From assembly GCF_001194135.2 (NCBI RefSeq), contig NC_069001.1, positions 16,405,168-16,469,167 of the forward strand: 64,000 bases of DNA. Reading direction: 5' to 3'. Each line of letters begins with the position of its first letter. Position 1 is the stretch's first letter. Shown one piece after another: positions 24,640-37,128 of this stretch. Both the position numbers and the translations under genes were made by a program. The notes below the pieces were generated by a model, which saw nothing but the letters and a program-made list of their open reading frames with translations, had not been told where the DNA came from and made no database searches. The stretch is from Octopus bimaculoides (taxonomy: Eukaryota).

Positions 24640-25570
24640 GTGTCCGAAGTAATTGAACAGACATATAATCAAAAGCCGTTCCACCCGTGATCATTCAGAC
24701 ATAGTACATTATACAAAGTGATTCTTCCTTTCAAGACAGCAGGATGTAATTTGAGGGCAATTTAGTTGTTTTTTCTAGCGCATCGAGCGATCAACTGGAA
24801 GCTGGCTCGACTGGTAGTCGAGTGCTTGAAGGTGGAGGTTAGCGGGGCGGTTCTTGTTTAGTCTAGAGTCATCTCTGAGCCGCTGCCCATTCCAGCTATG
24901 GTCATCTTGTCTTAAATGTCGACTTCATGTATCTGTCCTTTATTAGGGTTTGCGGGCAGATCGAGGTTTTTATTTATATACATTCGCCTTATTGCCTCAT
25001 ATTGTCTCCATGTTTATACAGTCAGAAGCAATGACCATCTCGTCTGAATTTTATTCATGGATGATTTTATGATTTAAGAACCTCGCTTTGCAACCTCGTG
25101 GTTTCGGGTTCAGTCTCACTGCGCGACACCTCGGGCAATTGTCTTCTGCTGTAGCCCTCGACTGAGCAATTCCTTGTGGGTGAATTTGGTAAACGGAAAC
25201 TGTGCGGAAGCCTGTCGGGTGGAAGAGAATTGTACCCATAAGTCGAAGGCCCAACCTTGTACATTTTATCACTTATCTGCTTGGGGGGACAAGTATCTGT
25301 GGAAAATGTAGTAACTTAAACATTAATTCAGGAGCAGATAATTCAGTGGATCGAACAACTGAAATACTCTTCGTTGAAACCGATGGAGAACCATTTACTC
25401 TTTATGTGTGTGTCCTCGAGCTGTGGTGATTCTTCTGTCTTTTTTTCTGTATGTCTAGGCTTACATTATCCAATGTGTCCTTCCTCCTCTTTAAAACATC
25501 TTGTGATTTAAAGGAAAATTGACTAATGTTTCTAGCAGTACAAGTGACCACGTCAGAAGCCTTTTTTGCT
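24640..25570 (+). repeat. Family D units interleaved with a SINE B head (25065-25218) and a SINE C 3' part (25270-25390)
   Basis: D motifs at about 24680/24763, 24890, 25028 and 25450/25520; B head gtggtttcgggttcagtctcactgcgcgacacctcgggcaattgtcttct. Confidence 0.6.
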
Positions 25571-25865
25571 GCTGGCTCTGACTTGTTATTTCTGCCTCTT
25601 CCTTCCACTCCTCTATTATGTCGTAGTCGCCATAGCGGTCATGTTGTCGCTCTCATGTTGTTCCCTCCCACTCTTATAATACTGTTATTCCCCCACGTCT
25701 CCATATGGTGGTGGTGGTGTCTCACCTACCTGTGTTTAACGTATCTCTTTCCCCCTCCTTCACTCTCATTTTACAGTTTATTGTTATTGTCTTACTCATC
25801 GGGACTAACTTCCCATTTGTCAACCACGCATCACCCACATTCATTCATATATATATATATATATA

Positions 25866-26379
25866 NNNNNNNNNNNNNNNNNNNNNNNNNNNNNNNNNNN
25901 NNNNNNNNNNNNNNNNNNNNNNNNNNNNNNNNNNNNNNNNNNNNNNNNNNNNNNNNNNNNNNNNNNNNNNNNNNNNNNNNNNNNNNNNNNNNNNNNNNNN
26001 NNNNNNNNNNNNNNNNNNNNNNNNNNNNNNNNNNNNNNNNNNNNNNNNNNNNNNNNNNNNNNNNNNNNNNNNNNNNNNNNNNNNNNNNNNNNNNNNNNNN
26101 NNNNNNNNNNNNNNNNNNNNNNNNNNNNNNNNNNNNNNNNNNNNNNNNNNNNNNNNNNNNNNNNNNNNNNNNNNNNNNNNNNNNNNNNNNNNNNNNNNNN
26201 NNNNNNNNNNNNNNNNNNNNNNNNNNNNNNNNNNNNNNNNNNNNNNNNNNNNNNNNNNNNNNNNNNNNNNNNNNNNNNNNNNNNNNNNNNNNNNNNNNNN
26301 NNNNNNNNNNNNNNNNNNNNNNNNNNNNNNNNNNNNNNNNNNNNNNNNNNNNNNNNNNNNNNNNNNNNNNNNNNNNNNN
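25866..26379. other. Assembly gap (N run) flanked by (TA)n; other gaps at 19810-19819, 28858-29463, 51214-51674, 55359-55368, 59810-59819
   Basis: N characters in sequence. Confidence 0.99.
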
Positions 26380-26424
<45 letters not shown>

Positions 26425-26839
26425 GGTTGGGCTTCAACAAGTAGAAAAGCATATATAATGTGTGTATGTGTGTTTATGATTTCTAACTAAATTATTTATC
26501 ATGTCTGTGTTTAATTGAAATACCAGTGAGAAACAGGGTTTAATAGGTTTGACATGTAAACACTATCTATTATAAATAATAGTTGTCTAAATGTGTGAGA
26601 TGAGGTTTTTAGACTTATTAGTCCCATCTTTAGATATAAAAAGACCAATGTCTGTAAAAGGCCCATTGCTGTGGTACATTTTCCATTGGTTTCCGCGATG
26701 AGCATCAATTGTTCAACCTATTGAATCCTTGCTTGTGAAATGAATGTGTAAGTAGCTGAGTATTCCAAAGATGTGTATATTGAATGGAAATTTATAGTTG
26801 AACCATTGTGACGATTCAGAAAGAAAGACAAAAAAAAAA

Positions 26840-27000
26840 AATCGTCCTTGCTACTTGGGCTGGTATTTTCTTTATTCTCCCCTGCCCTCCAAAGTTGATC
26901 TCATTGGGATTTGAACATGATGCTTAGAGAATTGGAATGAATATCACAAGGCATTTATATTTGGTAGTGAAAGATTCTAACAATTTGCAACCACAACTAA
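26840..27000 (-). mobile_element. SINE family A, diverged
   Basis: ctggtattttctttatt...caaagttgatctcattgggatttgaac...aaggcattt...gattctaacaatttgcaac is the reverse complement of the A head and body. Confidence 0.6.
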
Positions 27001-28559
27001 TGCTGTAACTATGATAATGCTTCCTCTTTGAACTTGATGACACTTGATTCCTCTTCATCTTTGAACACTTTCACCTCTATACATTTGACCCAATCCTTCT
27101 TTTCCACCATTACAAGACCACGTCCTTTTAGGATTTACGTCATCATCCATACACTAAGTAACCTTCATTGCAGTTTAAAACTGAATACCAACCATATTTA
27201 ACTGCATCATTCAGTATCCACAAACCCCCTTGTTTTATGTTGGGTCTGAATGTCTAAAAAGGTTTCTGAGCATGTCCCACTTCACCCTGACTTTCTCATA
27301 TTTAACAGTGTGTTGCTCTGTATCAGTCATGGGTTAACTTTTCTGAACGAAAACTTATCACGGCTTTTCTTTTTAAAGTAGTACAAGCTGCCTGATGATG
27401 AACCACATCTCATATGATCCTCTTAAAAAAGATTGCCCGAGCCTGGTCTATACATACTCTTTAATGGAAGCTATGTTGGAAAGGTTGGTTGTTCACCAGG
27501 ATAGATCCTGAATGATGGGAAGTAGGGCACTGAGTAACAATGGATGTTCTTGTGTTGTGCTGTTGGGGCTATAATAATGTTTTTTTTCTTTTACTGTTCA
27601 TTGTTATTGTGGTCTTTGTGTATGTAATGTGGTGCACAATTGAGTGAGAGGGCCATTTGGTATTGTAGAAAGAATCAGCTGAAATATACTGGAGAGAGAC
27701 AGAAAACTTATGGTTTGGACATGTCCTTTGGATGGTGAATGAACTGTTGTTTGCTGAAGGAGGAAGTTTGAGAAGTTTGGTGTCACTGATGAAATAGGAG
27801 TTGTGAATATCATATTACAGACCAGTTGCCACCTGTGTTCGCACATGGAGTAAGATAGACATTAAAAAGTGAGGGATCTTCAAATAATATAACTTATTGG
27901 TTTTTCAATCTAAACTACTTTCTGAAATTATTTCTGATGGTTTCATGTGTCTTTTTGGTCTTTGGTTAGATCAGGTCTTCATCTCATCTATGTTTCATTG
28001 TCATTTAATTTTTACAAGATAGAAACATTTCAAATTGACTAAATTCTGCCCCAGTTTAGCTCTGAAAACTTATTCTGATTTTTTGTTTTTGTTCTAAGTA
28101 TGTGGACCCATGATTAATCTCTAGTTCCCATGGTGTTAAGCAGTTGATAGGTCATCTCTATTGGTTGCTTCTGTTTCTGGACTTCATTACATTGAAACCC
28201 AACCCTGCAAATCAACAAACAACTCTCTAATTTCATATTGTTTCCAATACCTCTCATGTTGAGTTGAACTTATATAGCCATTCATGTTGTGCTGTCTAGC
28301 CATTGAGATAGAGCTGGTTAGACTCAACCTTTGAGAATTGTCTTGAGCATTGGCTGGTACAAACAGCTCTGGTGATAGAACAACAATGACTGACTTCTCT
28401 CCGTTGACTTGACTATTCAAAATCATAATTCCCTAATCCCTACCACTTCTGCATTAGTCTTAATGATTACCTGCTTTATGCCTCTTAATTTCTCTAGGGA
28501 TTAAACTCTTTAATTTGAGCCTACTTCAAAAAGAAGCCTCTTACAAGGGTTGGCAGAAT

Positions 28560-28700
28560 TACCAGAAACAGCAGTCAAAATCTCCCTCAAAATCACGAGC
28601 ATACACTGGATAATGTAGTCTCAGAGAACAGTACTGTGAAAAATTGGGAGGATGGTCATGACTGGAACACTTGGTTGTAAGTGGGCTGAATCAGCATTGA
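28560..28700 (-). repeat. Family D unit in the rare minus orientation
   Basis: cagaaacagcagtcaaaatctccctcaaaatcac...cactggataatgtagtc...gggaggatggtcatgactggaacac. Confidence 0.7.
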
Positions 28701-28761
28701 TTTGGAGCTAAGTCAGAACTCTTTAAACTGATGGCTTCTTGATGTACATACAGCCCCACCT

Positions 28762-28804
<43 letters not shown>

Positions 28805-29614
28805 TTATTAATATTTCTAAGTCTCTCTAAAAGAGACTATATATATATATATATATANNNNNNNNNNNNNNNNNNNNNNNNNNNNNNNNNNNNNNNNNNN
28901 NNNNNNNNNNNNNNNNNNNNNNNNNNNNNNNNNNNNNNNNNNNNNNNNNNNNNNNNNNNNNNNNNNNNNNNNNNNNNNNNNNNNNNNNNNNNNNNNNNNN
29001 NNNNNNNNNNNNNNNNNNNNNNNNNNNNNNNNNNNNNNNNNNNNNNNNNNNNNNNNNNNNNNNNNNNNNNNNNNNNNNNNNNNNNNNNNNNNNNNNNNNN
29101 NNNNNNNNNNNNNNNNNNNNNNNNNNNNNNNNNNNNNNNNNNNNNNNNNNNNNNNNNNNNNNNNNNNNNNNNNNNNNNNNNNNNNNNNNNNNNNNNNNNN
29201 NNNNNNNNNNNNNNNNNNNNNNNNNNNNNNNNNNNNNNNNNNNNNNNNNNNNNNNNNNNNNNNNNNNNNNNNNNNNNNNNNNNNNNNNNNNNNNNNNNNN
29301 NNNNNNNNNNNNNNNNNNNNNNNNNNNNNNNNNNNNNNNNNNNNNNNNNNNNNNNNNNNNNNNNNNNNNNNNNNNNNNNNNNNNNNNNNNNNNNNNNNNN
29401 NNNNNNNNNNNNNNNNNNNNNNNNNNNNNNNNNNNNNNNNNNNNNNNNNNNNNNNNNNNNNNNCTTGATCTTACTGTTACTAGTAAAAACTGATTATTTT
29501 TAATCTTAGTGTTTCCAGCTGACTTTAAAATCAAATAACTTTGACTTCTGCAGCAGTTGTAAATTTTTTTATACTGTTTATTAGTATTGTTGTTTTTGCT
29601 GTTGTTCAGGGTGC

Positions 29615-29790
29615 TGGATAGACAGAAGTGGGATTTAGTGAAGGTACTTTATGTTCTAAGTTCGAATCCTGTGGGGCCAACTTAACCTTTTTGTTCCTCT
29701 TGGTGTTGATAAAATAAAAGTAACGGTCAAAAGTCGATTGACCAACACCCACCCTTTTCAAATTTCTGGCTTTCTGTGTTAGAAACAAGT
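29615..29790 (+). mobile_element. SINE family A, diverged
   Basis: atgttctaagttcgaatcctgtggggccaacttaacc...gttgataaaataaaagta...caaatttctggctttctg. Confidence 0.55.
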
Positions 29791-30139
29791 ATTGTAGAGA
29801 AGTGGTGGTACTACTACCACTGCTACTAGTATTGTTGTTGTTGTTTATATTTCTTTTGAACAGTTGCAGCATAAATATGTGCAGAGCAGGAATTCCATAG
29901 AGACGATAATCTGGGAAGAAGGCATGGTTATATGGGAGGGGGAATTGGTGTGGAAGGGTCACAACATGGGCAATGACAGCTGGTTGAGTGAGGAGTGCCT
30001 GGTGGTAGAAGAGCAGAAACCATATTGTCAAAGAGAGGACACAGCAAATCTAATGAGCATTTCCATTCCAATCAGTTGAAAGACTTTTTGCCGGTTTGGT
30101 CTGTCTTATGTGTAGTAGTGATAGTAGTGGCAGCAGCAT

Positions 30140-30462
30140 TGCCTTAGATCTGGGAACAGTATTCTTTATTGTGGGTTTGGCAACACATTGTGTCCTTGAT
30201 CAAGACACTTTATTTCATGTTGCTCCAGTCCACTCACTTGGCAAAAATGAGTAGTACCTGTATTTCAAAGGGCCAGCCTTGTTACACTCTGTGTCATACT
30301 GAATCTCCCTGAGAACTATGTTAAGGGTACATGTGTATGTGGAGTGCTCAACCACATGCATGTTAATTTCACAAGCAGGCTATTCCATTGATCAGATCAA
30401 GTGGGGGCCATCGTCATCATAACCAATGGAGTGCCATCGTCATCATAACCAATGGAGTGCCG
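30140..30462 (+). mobile_element. SINE family C with an exact 26-bp terminal tandem duplication
   Basis: gtgtccttgatcaagacactttatttcatgttgctccagtccactc...; catcgtcatcataaccaatggagtgc occurs at 30409-30434 and 30435-30460. Confidence 0.8.
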
Positions 30463-30469
30463 GGCAGGA

Positions 30470-30850
30470 GTATTTTTGGACCCTGAAGAAGTGCTAGTTT
30501 TTGCTATGTTAATGATGTGTATTTATCAGGAGAAGCCATCATTGATAGTCAAGATTCAAATTGTGTGCAGTTTGTGACAGTAGGGTATAGGTGTAATAAT
30601 CTTTTATTATGTGCAGTGATTGTGTCATTTTATGGAAGGAGAGAAAGTTGACTGAATATTTCTGGCAACTTTGATGATTTTACTTAAGGGATCTACACTG
30701 ATATCAGTGGTATGTCGCATGGAGGAGTAGTGTCTCTCTTTGAGGGAGGGAGTGGCATGTCTTTGTCAAAAAGAAAGTTGAATCTGTTTCATGAGGTGGT
30801 GGTAGTGGTGAGTCTGTGTTTCATGGAGGCTGTGATGTGTTTTGCATAAA
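30470..30850 (-). mobile_element. CR1/L2-like LINE RT C-terminal remnant
   Basis: Minus translation ILTINDGFS**IHIINIAKT / FFRVQKYS resembles ILG.T....LSW..HI..IAK.A...LG.LFR.RKYF. Confidence 0.45.
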
Positions 30851-31084
30851 ACCAAAATATGATTTAAGTTACCAATGAGTTGTGAGTTTTTTGATTTTGA
30901 AATATGAGTTCCAAAATTTAGTGTATGTGAGAGTGGTGTGGTGTGGGTATAGGATATGTGTTAATGGAGGGGTGTTTTATATTTTCACCAAACCCTTTTA
31001 AAGAGTGCTTGATACTGGTGGATGAGACTGAGGAAATTAGCCTCAAACTCAAGTTAAATGAGTCCCTCCCACCCAAGGTAAATT

Positions 31085-31290
31085 GTGGTGGGAATTGAAC
31101 TTGCAACAAATACTGCAAGGTATCTAGTTTGATGTTTTTATAGTTCCATCAATCTATTACCTTTTTTTTATTGACACTGAAAGAACAAATGGTAACGATG
31201 ACCTAGGTGGGATTTGAACCCAGAGTGCAGTGTTGGAACAAATACTGTGAGACATTTACACGCTTTAACAAGTCTGCCAATTCACCACCT
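31085..31290 (-). mobile_element. SINE family A, diverged fragments
   Basis: gggaattgaacttgcaac...; gacctaggtgggatttgaacccagagtgcag...tctgccaattcaccacc. Confidence 0.55.
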
Positions 31291-31824
31291 GTGATGTGTG
31301 TGCATGTTTCTAAATTAGATTGTGTATGGATGCATATGTGCATTTTTAAAACTCAATTCTGTGTGTGTGTGTGTGTATGTTTCTAAGTTACATTATGTAT
31401 ATGTGTGTGTACATGTATCTTGGTTACCTTCTGTATGTGTGTATATGTGTATCTAAGTTACATTGTGTGTGCGTGTGTGTGTTCCAAGTTCCATTATTCC
31501 TAATGATTTTCCATCAATACTTTAGTGAGACAATGTTATTGAAACCAGATTCTTGTGTAGTTTAGGTCCTGACTAATGTTAGATTAGAAGACATTAATAA
31601 AGCAAACTTGCAATATAAACCACATGTTGATGACATTCTCTCGCTTTCTACACAGTTCTTTCTCTCTCTGTTGCAAAATTCACATTTTGAACCAATTAAT
31701 TCACAACTGCCAAAATTAAAATCTCTACTTTTATAGTGACCTACTTTATTATTATTGTTGTTGTTTCTACTGCCACCAACTTTGTAGATTGTTAAACATT
31801 CAGAACTGTTTTAATTCATAATAT

Positions 31825-31907
31825 TGACCTAGGGTCAAACAAGATAACTGGTTTTGTTATAACATTAAGTTATAACAAAACCAGTTATCTTGTTTGACCC
31901 TAGGTCA
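31825..31907. repeat. Perfect palindrome, 39-bp arms and 5-nt loop
   Basis: tgacctagggtcaaacaagataactggttttgttataac-attaa-gttataacaaaaccagttatcttgtttgaccctaggtca. Confidence 0.95.
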
Positions 31908-32480
31908 GCCCTAACTGAACAAATACCCTAATTAAAGGTTTTTCTAGCCATGATCACAGTCCACTTTAGACTACATCATTCAGTGTGTTTTGCTAGAGAT
32001 ACTAGGCATGTTAAAGACTTGGCATTCTTTATTAGGAGGGACTCAGTGCAAAGTTTACTTATTGTCTTCTTGGTACTGCAAGACACACACACTGCTTCAA
32101 TTATTCCACTGTGGTTCTTTGTCTATAATAAGAATCATACAAGTTGTATGGTTTTCCACTGTTATTTCAACCCATCTTTGAGATGTTTGAATGTTTCTAA
32201 TTTTATTAGCTCTTCCTGTGCCCCCATCCCCAACAAAGCCTCTACCACAAGTTTATACAATGTTTTATATTTGCAGTTTTTTCAGTTCTTGGTCAGTTGT
32301 CATGATTCTGTGATATTTACAAACTTAAGTGTTGCACATCTGGCTTAGACTGTTGTTATTAGATTCACCACAAACATCCTCTATCTCACCAGTCTGAGTC
32401 TTAAAAATAAATCTCTTATACTCTCCTAAGTCAGTTTTTAAAATATCTTGTTTCCTCCCAGCCTGACCCTCAAGATATTA

Positions 32481-33037
32481 AAGGTGGCGAGCTGGCAGAC
32501 TCATTAGTGTGTCAGACAAAATGCATAGTGGCATTTCTTTTGACTCCTTAGATTCTGAGTTCAAATACTATCAAAGCTAACTTTGCCTTTCATCCTTAAA
32601 ATAGTGTACCAGTCAAGTACTGGGATTAATGTAAGGGACTAATCCCCTCTCCATAAATTGTTGGCCTTGTACCAAAATTATTATTATTATTAAGGTGGTA
32701 ATCTGACAATCATTAGTGCACTCATCAAATGCTTTGTGTCATTTCTTATTCTGCCAAGGTCAACTTCACCTTTCCTCTTGAAATAAGCACCAGTTGAGTA
32801 CTGGGTTGATATAATCGACTATACCCTTCCCCCCAAATTTCAGGCCTTGTGCCTATAGTAAAGATTATTATTATTAGCAGTAAGGCAGTGAGCTGGCAGA
32901 ACCACATGTTGGACAAAATTCTTAGTGGCATTTCTTCTGGTTTTATGTTCAGAGTTTGAATTCTGCTATGGCCAACTTTGCCTTTCATCTTTTCAGGGTT
33001 GATAAAATAAGTTCCAGTTGAGCGCTAGGGCCAATGT
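32481..33037 (+). mobile_element. Head-to-tail trimer of SINE family A
   Basis: Units start aaggtggcgagctggc (32481), aaggtggtaatctgac (32692) and aaggcagtgagctggc (32882), separated by (ATT)n tails. Confidence 0.8.
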
Positions 33038-33429
33038 GAAAGCAATGGACGTGAGAGCAGATAAAATGGATGTTAAACATGGAGTCTAGCAGAGGGGAGA
33101 GAGCATGGCTGGTGGAAGATAGTGAGGAATGGAAGTGGTTCTGGGGCAGTGGGGAGAAAGAGGAAGGTAAAGAAAGGGAGGGGACGTAGTATGTGCCTGT
33201 TCTGCTCTCCAGTGATTATGGTAGTTGAATAATACCAGAGATAAGGAAGTAATGAGTGTTAGGGAATAAGATGTGGGGGAAAAGCTTGATGTGGTAGTGA
33301 GAATGGAGGTGGGCATAGCTAATATGCTTTGTTGGATGTGCAATGCCAGTGTACATGTACTTCCGAGCACTAGGGTGTAAAGAGAAAAGTTAGGCTTTAG
33401 AGTTCTGTTGTGGCGAACAAGTTTTCTCA

Positions 33430-33810
33430 AGCACAGCAAGGTGCCAGACATGCTGGTCCTTTCTCATCTTCATAAGGCTCGGCATCTTGAGATGTCTTCA
33501 AAACTTTGTCCCATGTCTTACTTGGTCCCCTCTTCCACAAGTTCCATCCATTTTAAGTGATCAGCACTTCTTTATGCAGCTATCCTTGTCCATACACATC
33601 ACAGTCTTCTCTCTTGCCACTACTTCTAATTTCTCTTAAGCCTAGCTTTTCCCTAGCACTCTGAAGTACATGTACACTGACGATATACATCCAATGAAGC
33701 ATAGTAGCTTCCTTCGACTCTAGCCTTCACATGTCATCTGCAGTTAGGGCCCACTTCTCACTTTCATAACTGTTCATACATGAGCATCATACAAGCTTTC
33801 TTCCATATAC
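33430..33810 (-). mobile_element. RTE LINE ORF2 C-terminal fragment
   Basis: Aligns to 11900-12250; minus reading CGRG/PSKTWD (RGRPRKTW motif). Confidence 0.7.
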
Positions 33811-33814
33811 AAGT

Positions 33815-33859
<45 letters not shown>

Positions 33860-35574
33860 GTAGATAGTGGTTGTGGAAATCTAAAACCCTTTTTATCCCA
33901 ACCTTCCTGAAACCACCCCATTGTATTGTGAAATACTCAAAACAGCCAAATTTATATTAAAATTTTAATCTAAATCTCATTTAATACCAGAAGGTTAATG
34001 TAAGATTTCAGAATGTAAAAATCTTTTTGTTTTACAAATAGAATTTTAAGTTTATATACACCAGGTGATTCCAAAGTCTTTTCAGCACTGACATAAATCA
34101 CTTAGTAACTGAGATCAGTTGAGCTTCTTAATATTGCTCACCATATTGCTCCTTCTCACCTCCCATCTCTTCACCATGGCTTTCATTAACTTCTCTCTAA
34201 CCCCACTCCTCTTGTTGAATACATTGACTCAGGAATTTCAGGATAGCTGGTCTAATGACCTGCTGTTCACACTGCTAGCTGCCTGGATCACCCGCCAGCT
34301 GATCTTGGTATGCTTGGACAATTGATCAGGATTACCATTATATTCCACTTTTAGGACAATTTAGAATATTCTCTTATCTTTTGACACTTTTCTTAAATAC
34401 TTAGGAACTAAATAAGTATGACTAAAAATATTCACAACAAAATAACAAAGATAATATAAAAAATATATAAAAACCAGAATTATGTTATCTAACTGCTGAA
34501 GAGACTTCTGAATCACTCAGTATTTTATAGGTGAAAATATTTATTATTTCAGAAATTAATTCAAACCATCTGTTAGCATATACTCATTAGAAATATGGCC
34601 GTGAAATGTTTTGAGTCTATGCACATATTTTTACAGTTTTAGCTTCCTTGCTATTGTCAAGAAATGTTAGTGTTCCATTGTTTATGTGTTGTCAGTCTTG
34701 GAGAGATGCCCGACACAACTTTGGTGAACAACCTCACTGCTCAATTCTTGCGAAACTGTTTTTGAAGTTTGAAAAAGAAAAAAAAAAAAAACCTCTTTTG
34801 TTTCTACTTTACATTAATTTCTCTGCAACAACTTTGCCAAAATGTCTTTTATTCTTCTAGGTTGGGTTTTTTCTTTTCTTTTCTTTCTTTTGATCTTGAA
34901 CTTCTTCACTGCTGAGTTTTAGGAATATTTGGTGAATAATGGAGCAAATGTCACCTCTTAATGAGCAGACCAGATCAAGAATGTTGCACTTGTGACCATT
35001 CCATGTTTTTATTCAGACACCAGAACCGTCTTTTGCTTGTTGTTGTTATTATTTAGCTTCAAATCCCCTTCAGTATGGACTCCATTGAACACCTTTGATC
35101 ATGATTTATGATGGAGCAGATTTATGTTCCAGCCTTTAGTTTCTATCCTCCTTTTTTTTTTAAACTCCCAGGCATAGTATATCTAGCACTACACTATCTA
35201 AAGTGTCCTTTTTGTTTTTAAATGGTAGGGTATTATTCAGCTGCTATTTCTAGCAAGTTGGGTCACCCTAAAGGTTTTCCCCTTTTGTTGGTTTGTGTTT
35301 ACTTAATTTTCCAATATAGCTTTTGTATATCTTTCAGAATTATTCCAATTATTTAAAAAGCTGTTTAACAGCTTAAACATCTCGGTTCTAATCTTTCATG
35401 TTGTCGTCATATTATTGTTGATAAAATACTTGCAAACTGATATGAATACACAATCAGTAACTTATGTCTATATCTTAGACTTGCCAAATAATATTTTTTA
35501 GTTCATTAGAATAATCTATGCAGTTAACTTCATTATTTTAAATGAATTGTTGGTAATTTTTGTTCAGGCACAAG

Positions 35575-35965
35575 CATGGCTGTATGGTAAGAGGTTTACT
35601 TGACAATTACATAGTTCTAGGATCAGGCCTCTGAGTGGCACCTTGAGCAAATGTCTTTTATTATAGCTCCAGGCAAACCAAGGCTTTGTGAGTGGATTTG
35701 GTTGACAGAAACTGAAAGAATCCTGATGACAGCACTTTGACATTATCTTCATTTTTCTGTTTGTGTGTGTGTTTGTGGGTCAAATGAAAATACCTTATCT
35801 TAGTTACCCCACTATGTGCCTATATGAATTTACCTTTTGACCTGCACCTTGGGGTCAGTAAGTTCCAGATAAAATACTGGAGTTCTTATAACCAAATTGA
35901 AACCTTTGAAAGTAGGTGCCCCAGGATGGTTATAGTTTTGTAACTGAATAAAATAACAAATAGAG
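35575..35965 (+). mobile_element. SINE family B, diverged
   Basis: catggctgtatggtaagaggtttac...ggcaccttgagcaaatgtcttttattatagc...gtgagtggatttggttgacagaaactgaaagaa. Confidence 0.7.
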
Positions 35966-36139
35966 AATTTCAGAACTTTTTCCATGAAGTCACATTTTTA
36001 ACTTTGATGACTCTTGACTCATGATTTCCATTTGTATTTGGACTCTTCAAGCAATAATTTTCTCTTTTTATGGATTTATTTCCAATCCAGTTATTGATCA
36101 TGGCAGTAAGCGATTTAATTATAATCTGTAATCAGTTAA

Positions 36140-36530
36140 TCTTTTCAGTCATTAGACTGTGGCCATGCAGAGCTACCACCTTGAAGAAATTCAGTCAAAT
36201 GAATCAACTACTTAGTTAAAAAAAATTTTTTAAGCTTGGTATTTATTCTTTCAGTCTCTTTTGCTGATCTACTGTTATGGTGACATAAACACACCAACAC
36301 CTGTTGTCAAGTGGTGGTGGTGGTTGGACAAACACGGACATAAAGACACATGCAAACACACCCACACACACACCTATCTTATTGGCTTCTTTCAGATTCT
36401 GTCTCCACTCAAGACTTTGGTCAGCCAGAGGCTATAGGAGAAGACTCTTGCCCAAGGTGTCATGCAAGAGGACTGAACCTGGAACAATGTGGTTGGGAAG
36501 CAAACTTCTTCATAATCATGCCTGTGCCTA
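36140..36530 (-). mobile_element. SINE family B
   Basis: ttcagtcattagactgtggccatgc...gaagactcttgcccaaggtgtcatgc...gaacctggaacaatgtggttgggaagcaaacttc. Confidence 0.75.
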
Positions 36531-36684
36531 TTTGTGTTGAATTTTTACAAGTTTTGGTGATATTTAGACATTATCACAAACTCTTTTTAAGGCAAGAAAG
36601 TAAAGCAATACTCATTGATTAGACTGAAACCGTGTATCTGTTTTGTGCCAGATGACCACTAGGGCCTCTGATATTGAGTTTGGA

Positions 36685-37128
36685 ATAAACCCATGCCAGT
36701 ATGGCAGTCAGATGTTAAATCATCATCATCATTTAATATGCATTTTTCCATGGATTGGACTGTTTGACAGGAGCTGTCCAGACTCCAGTTGTCTGTTTTG
36801 GCATGGTTTCTGTGGCTGGATGCCATTCCTGATGCCAACCACTTTTCAGAGTGTGCTGGGTGCTCTTTAGGTGTCACTGGCACAGGTGCATTTATGCAGC
36901 ACCAGCACAAGTGCGTTTGATGTGGCACCTACAAAGGACATGCTTGTATGTATGGATGACCATAATTTTACTTAGCTTGATGCGTCTTCTCAAGTACAGC
37001 AAATCACCACAACTCCTGGTCCCTTGTCAGTTTCTCAGTGAGGCCCAATGTCTGAAGATCCTTTCTCACTACTTTGTCCCACGTTCTCTTGGATCTACCC
37101 CCTCCACAAGTTCCCTCCACAATCAGAT
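36685..37128 (-). mobile_element. RTE 3' end plus ORF2 C-terminus, tail-to-tail with a tiny plus-strand RTE 3' end (36685-36725)
   Basis: catcatcatcatttaat...ggctggatgccattcctgatgccaaccac...gaggcccaatgtctgaagatcc...ctaccccctccacaag. Confidence 0.7.

Larger units (their letters stand above)
17100..25800. promoter_or_regulatory. CpG-retaining domain, candidate unmethylated promoter or intergenic region
   Basis: Repeat copies here keep CpG while homologues outside show TpG/CpA; includes pyrimidine tracts and a TATAAA at about 18062. Function is inferred. Confidence 0.4.

Noticed and set aside
25310-25410. Protein-like frame QEQIIQWIEQLKYSSLKPMENHLL
   Set aside because: Aligns to the SINE C 3' half (compare 58085-58330).
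28187-28426. 79-aa minus ORF with a possible donor (GAGAG|GTATTG)
   Set aside because: Weak acceptor, no recognisable homology and no partner exons.
29864-30079. 71-aa ORF after a good polypyrimidine acceptor
   Set aside because: Purine-rich low-complexity composition resembling repeat-derived DNA at about 33.05-33.4 kb; no recognisable domain.
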